Assembly: GCA_945787575.1 (NCBI GenBank)
Contig: CALZKB010000002.1
Span: forward strand, 12,262-76,261
From: Thermoanaerobaculia bacterium
GTDB lineage: Bacteria > Acidobacteriota > Thermoanaerobaculia > Multivoradales > JAHEKO01
Direction: 5' to 3'
Length of the DNA: 64,000 nt
Both the position numbers and the translations under genes were made by a program. The number at the start of each line of letters is the position of its first letter. Position 1 is the first letter of the stretch. This document shows positions 8,203 through 17,148 of this stretch, in pieces. Under the pieces are notes generated by a model. The model made no database searches, was not told the DNA's origin, and saw only the letters and a program-made list of their open reading frames with translations.

Positions 8203-10827
8203 ATGAACAGGGAATCGGCCATCGAGGTCCTAGGAGCCCGCACCCACAACTTGAAGGGGGTGGACTGTCGGATTCCTCACGGCCGGGTGACGGTGGTGAC
8301 CGGGCCCTCCGGCGCCGGCAAGTCGTCGCTCGCGTTCGACACGGTATTCGCCGAAGGGCAGAGGCGCTTCGTCGAGTCGATGTCGACCTACGCCCGGCAG
8401 TTCCTCGACCAGATGGAGCGGCCACCGATCGACGAGCTGCGCGGAGTCTTGCCGGCAGTGGCGCTCGAGGCCCGCAACTCGGTACGCAACGCGCGTTCGA
8501 CGGTGGGCACTCTCACCGAGATCCAGGACGTCCTCCGTCTGCTCTTCACCCATCTGGGCGAGGTGAGCTGCCCGGCCGGTCACGGCGCGGCGCGCTCCTG
8601 CACGCCGTCGCAGGCGGCGGAGGCGTTGGTGGAAGGAGTCGCCGGGGAGCGATTCCTGCTGCTGGCCCCCGTCGCCCGCCCTCGCAAGGGTGCTTCGAAG
8701 GCGCTTCGCGAGCTGGTCCGGCAGGGCTTTGGGCGCCGCCTCGACGGGGACGAGGTGGTCCGCATGACCTCCAAGGTCGTGTGGCCCGCCGAGTTCGACC
8801 CTCTGCCGCTCGTTCTGGGCCGTTTCCAGGCGAACCGCGAGCAGAGGTCGCGGCTCGCGGTGGCCCTCGAGGAGGCGTATCGGCTCGCTCGCGGCAAGGC
8901 GGTGGCAGCCGGCGATGCGGTCGTTCACTTCAGCGCGCAGCCCGGCTGTCCGCGCTGCGGTCTGGCGATGCGCCGCCCCGTGCCGGCCCTGTTTTCGTTC
9001 AACTCGCCGCTCGGCGCCTGCTCCGAATGCCAAGGATTCGGAAGGGTGATCGGGATCGATCAGGGGCGAGTCGTCCCCGATCCTTCGCGGACGCTGGAAC
9101 AGCGGCCGATCGCCCCGTGGAACACTCCGGCCTACGCGAAGCACCACAACAAGCTGCTCGCCGCCTGCCGGGAGGCGGGAATCTCGATCGACGTCCCGTG
9201 GGCGGAACTCTCCGAAGGGGCTCGCGAGTGGATCTGGTCCGGCAGCGGTCCGTTCACCAGCGTCGAGAAGTTCTTCAAGCGGCTGGAACGGAAGGCTTAC
9301 CGGGTGCACGTGCGCGTGCTCCTCGCCAAGTACCGCTCCTACGACCCGTGCCCGGTCTGTCGCGGAACGCGGCTGAGGCCCGAGGCGTTGAGTGTGACCG
9401 TGCTCGGCGAAACGCTGCCGGCGCTGACGGCTCGCAGCATCGAGGCTCTGCGCTCGTGGCTCGCCGAGGCCGACTGGGGCGCTCGGCAGCTCGACGTCGC
9501 GGGACATCTGATCGATCAGCTGACCCTTCGGGTCGAGGTGCTGCACCGAGTGGGGCTCGACTACTTGACTCTCGACCGCCAGGCGCGCACCCTCTCCGGC
9601 GGTGAGACCCAGCGCATCCACCTGTCCGCTTCGCTGGGCTCGGGACTGACCGACACCCTCTACGTTCTGGACGAACCGACGATCGGACTTCACACTCGCG
9701 ACAGCGAACGCCTGCTGTCGCTTCTGCGCGACCTCGCCGAGCGCGGCAACACCGTCCTCGTCGTCGAGCACGACCGCACCCTGATCGAAGGTGCCGACCA
9801 CATCATCGATCTGGGGCCGACGGCGGGCGAGAACGGGGGCGAGGTGATCGCCGCCGGCTCGATCGACGCGATTCTGTCGAGCGAGACGTCACTGACCGCG
9901 AAGTATCTCAAGCGGCCGACCCGCGATGCCAAGGCGCGACGGCATCTCGAGCGGAGCCGTCGCGAGCGGGGCCGCCGGCCGCTCGACGACGTGCTGTCGG
10001 ACCTGCCGAGGGTCCGCATCCGGGGCGCTCGCGAGCACAACCTTCGAGATCTCGACGTCGAGTTCCCGGTCGCGGCCCTGGTGGCGGTCACCGGTGTCTC
10101 CGGTTCGGGCAAGTCGACCCTGGTCGACAACGTGCTTTTTGGAAGCTACCAACGAGGGTTGGGCATCCCCGAGGCGGAGCCCGGTGACTGCGACGGAATC
10201 GACGGACTCGACGAGCTGGCCTACGTCGCCCATGTCGACCAGCATCCGCTCGGCCGATCGAGTCGCTCGAACCCGGTGACCTACATCAAGGCGTACGACG
10301 GAATCAGAAGGATCTTCGCTGAGGAGCCCGAGGCGCGAGCGGCCGGCATCACCCCCGGGCATTTCTCGTTCAACGTCGCCAAGGGGCGCTGTCCCGAGTG
10401 CGAGGGAACGGGCACTCTCCAGATCGACATGCAGTTCATGGCCCCGGTGTCGGTTTCCTGCGACAGCTGCCAAGGGAGTCGCTTTCAGCGGCGGGTGCTG
10501 GCGATCCGCCACCGTGGTCTCAACATCGCCGAGAGCCTCGACCTGACGGTGCAGCAGGCGCTGGACCGGTTCGCGGGCCATCGGTCGCTGACCCGCCGGC
10601 TCTCCCTGCTCGTGGAGGTCGGTCTCGGCTATCTGCGACTCGGGCAACCGACGGCGACCCTCTCCGGGGGTGAGGCTCAACGCCTGAAGCTCGCCAGCTT
10701 CCTCGACCGGCCGGCTTCCGAGGGGCGGCGGCTCTTTCTCTTCGACGAGCCGACCACCGGGCTCCATCTGTCCGATATCGATCAACACCTCGGAATGCCG
10801 TCGAGGGCTGCTAGGATCTGCTCGTGA
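8203..10827 (+). CDS. uvrA: UvrA-like excinuclease ABC subunit A, C-terminally truncated relative to canonical UvrA
   Basis: ARTHNLKGVDCRIPHGRVTVVTGPSGAGKSSLAFDT, Zn-module cysteines, LSGGETQR/LDEPTIGLH...VVEHD for ABC-1, and [10 protein letters not shown]...LSGGEAQR...LFDEPTTGLH for ABC-2. The ORF stops 13 codons after GLHLSDIDQ, so the H-loop and C-terminal segment are absent. ATG 8203 (MNRESAIEVLG) is the likely start. Confidence 0.8.
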   Translation: MNRESAIEVLGARTHNLKGVDCRIPHGRVTVVTGPSGAGKSSLAFDTVFAEGQRRFVESMSTYARQFLDQMERPPIDELRGVLPAVALEARNSVRNARSTVGTLTEIQDVLRLLFTHLGEVSCPAGHGAARSCTPSQAAEALVEGVAGERFLLLAPVARPRKGASKALRELVRQGFGRRLDGDEVVRMTSKVVWPAEFDPLPLVLGRFQANREQRSRLAVALEEAYRLARGKAVAAGDAVVHFSAQPGCPRCGLAMRRPVPALFSFNSPLGACSECQGFGRVIGIDQGRVVPDPSRTLEQRPIAPWNTPAYAKHHNKLLAACREAGISIDVPWAELSEGAREWIWSGSGPFTSVEKFFKRLERKAYRVHVRVLLAKYRSYDPCPVCRGTRLRPEALSVTVLGETLPALTARSIEALRSWLAEADWGARQLDVAGHLIDQLTLRVEVLHRVGLDYLTLDRQARTLSGGETQRIHLSASLGSGLTDTLYVLDEPTIGLHTRDSERLLSLLRDLAERGNTVLVVEHDRTLIEGADHIIDLGPTAGENGGEVIAAGSIDAILSSETSLTAKYLKRPTRDAKARRHLERSRRERGRRPLDDVLSDLPRVRIRGAREHNLRDLDVEFPVAALVAVTGVSGSGKSTLVDNVLFGSYQRGLGIPEAEPGDCDGIDGLDELAYVAHVDQHPLGRSSRSNPVTYIKAYDGIRRIFAEEPEARAAGITPGHFSFNVAKGRCPECEGTGTLQIDMQFMAPVSVSCDSCQGSRFQRRVLAIRHRGLNIAESLDLTVQQALDRFAGHRSLTRRLSLLVEVGLGYLRLGQPTATLSGGEAQRLKLASFLDRPASEGRRLFLFDEPTTGLHLSDIDQHLGMPSRAARICS

Positions 10828-11789
10828 GCTTGCTGACCGACTCGCGCAGACGGTGGCTCGGAACTCTGGGCGGCGCTTTGCTCGGTGCCGTGCTCCTGCT
10901 CGCGGCCTGGACGAAGGCGATCGATCCGCAGGCGTTCGTCGAGCAGATCACGGCCGAGGGGCTGGACGGCCTGCTCTCCGCCCGCAGCGTCGCTTTCGTG
11001 GCCCTCGGCCTCGAGGTCGGCCTCGGCGTAGCGCTCCTGCTCAACGTACGGCGACTCTGGGTGCTCGTCCCGGCCGCGCTGCTCGTCGTCTTCTTCCTGT
11101 TCCTGACGGGGCGTGCCTACGCCGCCGACCTCCGCGGACTCCCGCCGGTCGCGGAGAGCTGTGGCTGCTTCGGAAACCTCGTCGATCGAACACCGGCCGA
11201 GGCGTTCTGGCAGGATCTGCTGCTGCTGGTCCCGCCGCTTCTGCTGGCGTTCCTGGGAGCGCGGTCGGCGAGCTCGCCTCCCCGCGTCAGGCTGGCGATC
11301 GTTGGCGTCGTGACACTTGCCGCACTGGCTTTGGCCTGGAAGGCGCCCGAGCTACCGCTCGACGACCTCGCCACCCGGCTTCGCCCCGGAGTCGAGACCC
11401 GAGAGCTTTGCGCGGGACAGCCCGAGGATGTCGACTACGTCTGTCTCGACGCCCTCGTTCCGGAGCTCGACGGCGGCGAGCACTGGGTCGTTCTGACCGG
11501 CCTCGACGAAGAAGGGCTGATCGCTGGACTGGACGGACTTCACGCTCACTCGCTCGCCGACGGCAAGCCCCGGCTTTGGCTGGTCAGCGATGCCCTTCCG
11601 GAAGAGCTCAACGCCTTCACCTGGCAATACATGGTGGCGACCGAGGTCCGGCTGGTGCCGGAGTCGATGATGCGGCCGCTCTATCGGACGCTACCGCGCT
11701 CCTTTCGGGTTCTCGACGGCCGGGTGATGGAAACAATCCCGGGCGTTCCGACGTTGGGGGTAGTCGAGGGACGCCTTGCCGATCGCTGA
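10824..11789 (+). CDS. MauE/DoxX-family redox-associated membrane protein with extra C-terminal soluble domain
   Basis: Four predicted TM helices and the ESCGCFGN motif typical of MauE/DoxX proteins, followed by ~150 aa of unknown domain. GTG start overlaps the uvrA-like stop (GTGA). Confidence 0.6.
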   Translation: MSLLTDSRRRWLGTLGGALLGAVLLLAAWTKAIDPQAFVEQITAEGLDGLLSARSVAFVALGLEVGLGVALLLNVRRLWVLVPAALLVVFFLFLTGRAYAADLRGLPPVAESCGCFGNLVDRTPAEAFWQDLLLLVPPLLLAFLGARSASSPPRVRLAIVGVVTLAALALAWKAPELPLDDLATRLRPGVETRELCAGQPEDVDYVCLDALVPELDGGEHWVVLTGLDEEGLIAGLDGLHAHSLADGKPRLWLVSDALPEELNAFTWQYMVATEVRLVPESMMRPLYRTLPRSFRVLDGRVMETIPGVPTLGVVEGRLADR

Positions 11790-11827
11790 TCGTGCGCTGC
11801 TAAACTCCGCGCTCGGAGGATAGGAAC

Positions 11828-12631
11828 TTGAAGATGGAACTCCCGAAATCGCTCGCCCTCACCGCAATTCTGGCGGCGATCGCCTTGCCCTCGTCGGCTC
11901 AGCCAGCGATGGAGGGCTTCGCGCCGATCGACAAGTACGTCTTCGTTCTGGATGGCGAGGAACAGCCCGGTGCGGAGATCTATCAATCGCAGGCCGCGGG
12001 CTCGTTCCTCGTCATCACTTCCGGACTCGAATCCCCGGTGTTGGTCGCGGCGAGGAGCGCCGCCGTCTCGACGGTCAACCTCATGAAGGTCGATCAACAA
12101 CCGAACGGCAACGTCAACTTGCTCGCCGGATCGACGCTCGAGCCGCTGGGCAAATTCACGATCGCCGGTGATGGCATTCGCTTCACGGTTGGCGACCGAC
12201 CGGCCGAATTGCGCAACAAGCCTTGGCTGCTCGGGGCGCAGGATCTGGAGGGGATGCGCGCCTACAGCGCCGGCTACCGACGGGGCGCCGATGAGTACGA
12301 GTGCTCGGAGCCTCTTCTGCGCCAGCTCCGAGAAGACGGCCGCCCGGTCGAAGTGAAGGTGTTCTTCGGATCGTGGTGCCCGCACTGCGAACAGGTGCTG
12401 CCGCGGGTTCTCAAGGTCGCCGAGGAGCTCGAAGGCTCGGGCGTGCGGCTCTCTTTCTACGGCCTGCCTCGCGGGCGGGGCTTCAGCATCGATGCCGAAG
12501 TGAAGCGCTTCGATATCGAGACCGTGCCGACGGGTGTCGTGCTCATCGACGGACGCGAGGTCGGGCGCATCTCGGGCTCGGGCTGGAAGATCCCCGAGCT
12601 GGCGATCAAGAACGCGATCGAAGGCCCCTAG
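11828..12631 (+). CDS. Secreted thioredoxin-fold protein (WCPHC) with N-terminal domain of unknown function
   Basis: Signal peptide MKMELPKSLALTAILAAIALPSSAQP. Thioredoxin motif FFGSWCPHCEQ near residue 185. GGAGGA RBS at 11815-11820 lies 7 nt before the TTG at 11828. Confidence 0.75.
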   Translation: MKMELPKSLALTAILAAIALPSSAQPAMEGFAPIDKYVFVLDGEEQPGAEIYQSQAAGSFLVITSGLESPVLVAARSAAVSTVNLMKVDQQPNGNVNLLAGSTLEPLGKFTIAGDGIRFTVGDRPAELRNKPWLLGAQDLEGMRAYSAGYRRGADEYECSEPLLRQLREDGRPVEVKVFFGSWCPHCEQVLPRVLKVAEELEGSGVRLSFYGLPRGRGFSIDAEVKRFDIETVPTGVVLIDGREVGRISGSGWKIPELAIKNAIEGP

Positions 12632-12641
12632 CGGCTTGACA

Positions 12642-13508
12642 CTAGCTGCAAGGGAACGGCTCTCGATCGGCGAGCGGCCGGCAGCCGTGCATCGCCGGCA
12701 GATAGCAGCGAACGGTCGTGCCGACGCCCGGCAGGCTTTCGAGATAGATGCGGCCGCACAGGGTGCGCACGGTGCCGAAGACGCTCGCCAGACCGAGGCC
12801 GCGACCGCCGGGCTTGGTGCTGAAGAACGGGTCGAAGGCGCGCAGCCGGGTCGCCGCGTCCATTCCCACCCCCTCATCGGCGACTTCGACGAATACGTAG
12901 TCTCGGTCGGGGTCTGAATCCGCGCCTACGGCGCTCGCGAGGCGGGAGTCGTCACCCGCCTCTCCGGTCGTCACTCGAACCCTCCCTCGGGGGTGGGTGG
13001 TGGCCTCCGCGGCGTTCCTCACGAGGTGGAGGAGCGCGTCGCACAACTCGGCTCCGTCTCCCTCGATGCTCGGCAACTCGGGCGCCAGGTCGAATGCGAG
13101 GTCCGCTCGTCCTTGTGCCGCCTCGGAGAGCGCCGGTAGGGACTCCTCGATGACCCAGTTGAGGTCGATCGGACTGAGGCTGAAGCGCCCCCGGCCGGCG
13201 TACGCGAGCAGCTGCCGGCACTGTTCGACGGCTCGCTGCGAGGCCTTGTCGACCTCCTCGAGGAAGATGCGGGCCTCGCTCTCAGAGCCTCCGATAACCG
13301 AGAGCGCCATGTCGTTGTTCCCGAGGATCGCCATCAGGAGATTGTTGAAGTCGTGGGCGAGGCCTCGAGCCAACAGCCCGAGACTCTCGATCTTCTCGAG
13401 CTGATTCTCGAGCTCGGGGTCTCTGCTCGGTGAGATGCCGCGGTCGGCGAAATCGATCGCTTGGACTTTGCTTGCGCTGGATGTCACGTGAATCTCCGGA
13501 TCTCCCAC
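12642..13508 (-). CDS. Minimal soluble histidine kinase (HisKA + HATPase_c, no sensor domain)
   Basis: H-box LARGLAHDFNNLL, N-box LLHLVRNAAEA, and G-boxes DEGVGMD and GGRGLGLA. Only ~45 aa precede the H-box. No response regulator is adjacent. Confidence 0.8.
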   Translation of the reverse strand: MGDPEIHVTSSASKVQAIDFADRGISPSRDPELENQLEKIESLGLLARGLAHDFNNLLMAILGNNDMALSVIGGSESEARIFLEEVDKASQRAVEQCRQLLAYAGRGRFSLSPIDLNWVIEESLPALSEAAQGRADLAFDLAPELPSIEGDGAELCDALLHLVRNAAEATTHPRGRVRVTTGEAGDDSRLASAVGADSDPDRDYVFVEVADEGVGMDAATRLRAFDPFFSTKPGGRGLGLASVFGTVRTLCGRIYLESLPGVGTTVRCYLPAMHGCRPLADREPFPCS

Positions 13509-13682
13509 CCTGCGGGGAGTCTGTGCAGGATCACTGCCAGACTCCTTCTCGTCGTCCGGTCCGCGCGAGTGGGTCTAACTCCATGTATTCAAAGGGATTT
13601 CGAGCGCGCCCGGATGACATCGGCAGTGGAGAGATCTGCTTGCCGGGCGAGGATATTCTGCCGTGACGGAAAGAATGGGCAG

Positions 13683-14069
13683 TCAGGATTTGGTGTACTC
13701 GAGAGTCGAGACCTCGTCGTCCGTCAGCGCGCCCACTTCGAGAAACATCGGCGCGTGGTCGTCGTCGTGGCGTAGCGCGAGGTAGGCCACGACTTCGCCT
13801 CGCCGCCAACAGGTCAGCAGCAGCGCCTCGCTCCAATCGGGAAAGTCGTCCTCTTCCACGCTGCCTTCCCAGGACGGATCTCCCCAGGCTTTTCGAATGA
13901 TCTCGCCGGCCGCCTCGAACTCCGTCGTGAACTCCTCGAAGAGCGCGTCGACCTCGGCGGCGCTCAATTCGCCTTCGCGGAAGTCGTCGACCAGGCGCAG
14001 GTGCAACGCGTCGGCACCGGGCGCCGAGGTCACCAGCTCGGTCATGACGTCCATCAGTCTCTCTTCCAT
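13683..14069 (-). CDS. Hypothetical small acidic protein (128 aa), last gene of the luxE-luxC operon
   Basis: ATG at 14069 is preceded by GGAGGAG, 19 nt after the luxC-like stop. The rest of the 365-aa track ORF is an out-of-context extension overlapping the luxC-like gene. I recognise no family motif. Confidence 0.55.
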   Translation of the reverse strand: MEERLMDVMTELVTSAPGADALHLRLVDDFREGELSAAEVDALFEEFTTEFEAAGEIIRKAWGDPSWEGSVEEDDFPDWSEALLLTCWRRGEVVAYLALRHDDDHAPMFLEVGALTDDEVSTLEYTKS

Positions 14070-14088
14070 CAGCTCTCCTCCGCGGCGA

Positions 14089-15351
14089 TCATCCGCCCAG
14101 AGCCTCGAGCGGATGTCGACCGCCGTTATGCCAGAGTGCGTCGGGAGACTGCAAGCTGCCGGGCGAGGCACAGCGAGAGATCTCGAGTCCGGCGAGGGTC
14201 GTTTCGAGGGTCCACGCCCGCTCCCCGGCGAGGGCGGCGCCTTGCAGCGAGCCTCGCCACGGCGAGAGCAGCTCCGGGACTCCTTCCACAGCCTCGACCG
14301 GGTGCACACGCACCGTGCGGAGACCCGGTGACGGTTGGAAGGCGCCGAGCGGCTCCACGATGACCGTACCCACCGCGAGATCGAGAGAGGGCTGGTGGAG
14401 TCCCCGCATTCGGGCGTCGGTCCGAAGCTGATGGACGCCGGCGGCAGCGACCGGATTCGGCGGTCCGGCGGGCCACGCTTCGGCGCGCCGGACGAGCGCC
14501 GCGGCCAACAGGTCGGCCAGCTCGCGGGCGTCGCCATCGGTGTAAACGGCCTGGATCGACAGGCAGCCCCGCTGATCGAGCAGCGCAATATCGCTGGCGA
14601 GGCCGTCGGCAGTCGCCGAGTTGCAGGCCTCTCGGTCGACGATCGCGATGCTGACCTTCGGGCCGTACGCGAGGCAGCGATCGCCGACCTGCGCCTCGAG
14701 GCTCGAAACCGTATTCGCATCGCCGTAGACGACGACGGTCTGGGAACGGGCGAGAACCGCGGTCTCGAGCGCGAGGTCACCGCCCTTCCACGTCGTCGCC
14801 GCGACCGCGTGGGCTAGCTCCGGGAGTCGATCGTGGAGCGCGCGAACGAAGGCTGCCGCGAACAGCGGTTCGGAAGAGGGCGATTTGAGCAGGACCGGTC
14901 GTCGCAGCGCCATCGCCGGCAGCAGCGGTTGGACCGCGAGAGCGGGCAGGTTGCCGGCCAGGAAGACCGTGACGAGGCCGAGATCGCCGCGGGGTCTCGC
15001 CTGGTCGAAGAGGCTGTGAGTGACCGACGGACCGACTCCTCCGAGAATCGCTTCGAAGGCGGCGTCGAGACCGGCTGGCGAGAGCTGGCAGAAGCGCGAG
15101 AGAGTCGGTCTGAGCGTCGAGCTCGTCGGCGTCCGTGGGTCGAGAAAGTCGGCGACCGTCGCGTTCCAAGCCGATCGCAGGTCCTCGGTCGACGAGCCTC
15201 TCAGGGCGGCGGGCCCGTACCGGATGAGGTGGCCGATGAGCGAGGCCATCGAGTCGCCAGTCCACTGAGCCGAGGTGTAGAAGACGCCCTCACGCTCGAT
15301 GGCGCCGACCGGCAGGTCGAGCCCGGGAGGGCAGGCGGCGTCGTGAATCAC
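14089..15351 (-). CDS. LuxC-family acyl-CoA (acyl-protein) reductase
   Basis: Aldehyde-dehydrogenase-like fold with LuxC-type features: VFLAGNLPALAVQPLL and a catalytic-Cys context LLDQRGCLSIQAVY. GTG start overlaps the luxE-like stop (GTGA, 15348-15351). Confidence 0.7.
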   Translation of the reverse strand: MIHDAACPPGLDLPVGAIEREGVFYTSAQWTGDSMASLIGHLIRYGPAALRGSSTEDLRSAWNATVADFLDPRTPTSSTLRPTLSRFCQLSPAGLDAAFEAILGGVGPSVTHSLFDQARPRGDLGLVTVFLAGNLPALAVQPLLPAMALRRPVLLKSPSSEPLFAAAFVRALHDRLPELAHAVAATTWKGGDLALETAVLARSQTVVVYGDANTVSSLEAQVGDRCLAYGPKVSIAIVDREACNSATADGLASDIALLDQRGCLSIQAVYTDGDARELADLLAAALVRRAEAWPAGPPNPVAAAGVHQLRTDARMRGLHQPSLDLAVGTVIVEPLGAFQPSPGLRTVRVHPVEAVEGVPELLSPWRGSLQGAALAGERAWTLETTLAGLEISRCASPGSLQSPDALWHNGGRHPLEALGG

Positions 15352-16403
15352 CCTGGAGCTCGGCCGCTGAGCGCTTCACTGAGGAGTGAGCAGCCCCGCA
15401 GCTCGGCGCCCGCCGCGCGGCCGGCGAGGCGAAAGCCGGTTCCGTCGGCGATCGCCAGATCCTCGGTGAGAACGTGGAGGGCCGAACCGAGGTTGGCGAG
15501 GTCGAAGATGGCGAGCAGCCCCGGCTCTCCGCGCGCCGCCTCGTTCAGGGTGACCGGATCGAGGACTCGAAAACGAGCCCAGGGTGGCAGGTGAAAGAGG
15601 TCGCGGTCGTCGCAGGGGTTGCTGCCGCCGTAGCCGTGACTGGTGAGCTCGGTCATGCCGTACTCACGAACGATATGCGTCGCCGGAACGCCGAGGCGGC
15701 TCCCGACCTGCCCCACGAGATCCTCGCGAGAGACTTCCCGACTGCGGCCCTTGGTCCCGCCGGTCTCGAACAGCCGGCTGCCGATCGGCAGCCGGAAGCT
15801 GACTCCGAGGCGCTCAAGACCGTCGAGCAGCTGAAGGAGGGCGAAGGCTGTCGTCAGAATGAGCGTCGCTCGGCCGTCTCGTTGACGCGCGGCGAGAAAT
15901 CCGCGGGCGTCGGCTACGCGGATTCCACCGGCGCTCACGACGTAGCGGCTGCCCGCTCCTCCCCAAGTTCGGTACGCGTGATCGACCATGAACGCCAGGC
16001 TCGAATGGGGTGCCTGATCGCGTTCGGGGATCAGCGAGAGCATCGGCGGCCGGTCGAGTCCGTGAAGGCAGCCGGCCGGAAAGGTCGCGTCGATCACGGC
16101 CCGGTAAAGCTCCGGATAGGGGTGCCGGTGAACGCTGGGTGTCGAGTCGGTGGTGCCGGAGCTGTGAAACTCCTCCTTGGGCTCGGCGACCGCCAGGTCC
16201 TGCGTCTTGAAGGCGAGCGTCGGGACCATCGGGACCTGTCGCCAGCTCTCGAGGGATGCCGGCTCGACGGAGGCGGACTCGGCGAGGCGACGGACGGGGG
16301 CCGAACGCTCGCATTGATGGGCGAAAGCGTCGCGAACGAGGGTCTCGAACGTCTCGGCGCTCTCGCGTCGCACCCATGCCTCGATCCTCTCAGTGAGCAT
16401 CAT
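15348..16403 (-). CDS. LuxE-family acyl-protein synthetase / adenylate-forming enzyme
   Basis: FHSSGTTDSTPS (ANL/LuxE nucleotide motif), FETGGTKGRSREV, YGMTE, and C-terminal GRAAGAELRGCSLL as in LuxE-type proteins. Confidence 0.7.
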   Translation of the reverse strand: MMLTERIEAWVRRESAETFETLVRDAFAHQCERSAPVRRLAESASVEPASLESWRQVPMVPTLAFKTQDLAVAEPKEEFHSSGTTDSTPSVHRHPYPELYRAVIDATFPAGCLHGLDRPPMLSLIPERDQAPHSSLAFMVDHAYRTWGGAGSRYVVSAGGIRVADARGFLAARQRDGRATLILTTAFALLQLLDGLERLGVSFRLPIGSRLFETGGTKGRSREVSREDLVGQVGSRLGVPATHIVREYGMTELTSHGYGGSNPCDDRDLFHLPPWARFRVLDPVTLNEAARGEPGLLAIFDLANLGSALHVLTEDLAIADGTGFRLAGRAAGAELRGCSLLSEALSGRAPG

Positions 16404-16493
16404 GGAATTCTGCCACGGAACCTCCGACCGGCCTCTGGCGGAGCGAAGGGTCGGGCTCTGCTACAGTAACGCCGCCCGCTCGAGGAGCCGCCG

Positions 16494-16874
16494 ATGGACG
16501 AATTCCCCTATCCCACCAAGATCGAGATCGACAAGCCGTCTCGACCCCGTCCGCCCAAGCAGACCGCGGTCATCGAGCAGATCGGTTGCACCGGCTGTGA
16601 GGCGTGTATCTCGTTCTGTCCGGTGGACTGCATCGAGATCGTGCCGGGGCCGGTCTACGCCGAGATGCACAAGCTGGTCGAGGTCGATCTCGAGCGCTGT
16701 ATCGGCTGTCAACTGTGCGCACGCTACTGCCCGTGGGAGACGATCGACATGTGGAGCTGGGAGGAAGGGGTCGAGGTTGCGCCTTCGTTGACCATACGCT
16801 CGCTCATCTACGACTACGACCCCGAGCAGATGCACGAGGCGGCAGAGCCCCGAGTCGGACCGGTCGGTGTCTGA
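16494..16874 (+). CDS. 2x[4Fe-4S] dicluster ferredoxin-domain protein
   Basis: Two CxxCxxCxxxCP motifs: CTGCEACISFCP and CIGCQLCARYCP. Divergent from the luxE-like gene. Confidence 0.85.
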   Translation: MDEFPYPTKIEIDKPSRPRPPKQTAVIEQIGCTGCEACISFCPVDCIEIVPGPVYAEMHKLVEVDLERCIGCQLCARYCPWETIDMWSWEEGVEVAPSLTIRSLIYDYDPEQMHEAAEPRVGPVGV

Positions 16875-17064
16875 GCCAGGCGTAGGGTTCGATCCCGAGC
16901 TCGACGCGGCGCTCAAGAGCGTCCTCCAAGTGATCTACAAGGATCATCCGCTGAGACCGAACCAGATCTTGGTGCTCGCCTCCGAATTGCAGCGCCTCGG
17001 CGTCCACCGCCTGGTCGAAGAGCACATCCGCAAGTACAGCTACCGCCAGCGCTCCGAGGAGTGA
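16867..17064 (+). CDS. Hypothetical small protein (65 aa)
   Basis: GTG start overlaps the ferredoxin gene end by 8 nt. Sequence is not low-complexity. No recognised motif. Confidence 0.35.
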   Translation: MSEPGVGFDPELDAALKSVLQVIYKDHPLRPNQILVLASELQRLGVHRLVEEHIRKYSYRQRSEE

Positions 17065-17148
17065 CCCGTGTCGGGCCCGCCCGGCGGCCGCTGATGGCGG
17101 CAGCTTTCGGTGAGCCGTGGAGCGCCAGGGTCACCGGAGGGCCGCGAG

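Noticed and set aside
8230-9801. 523-aa minus-strand ORF, plus the 531-aa plus-strand ORF 8010..9605, overlapping the uvrA-like gene
   Set aside because: These are antisense or alternate-frame ORFs of a very GC-rich gene. The translations are Arg/Ala/Gly/Pro-rich low-complexity sequence without motifs, whereas the uvrA frame has unmistakable family motifs.
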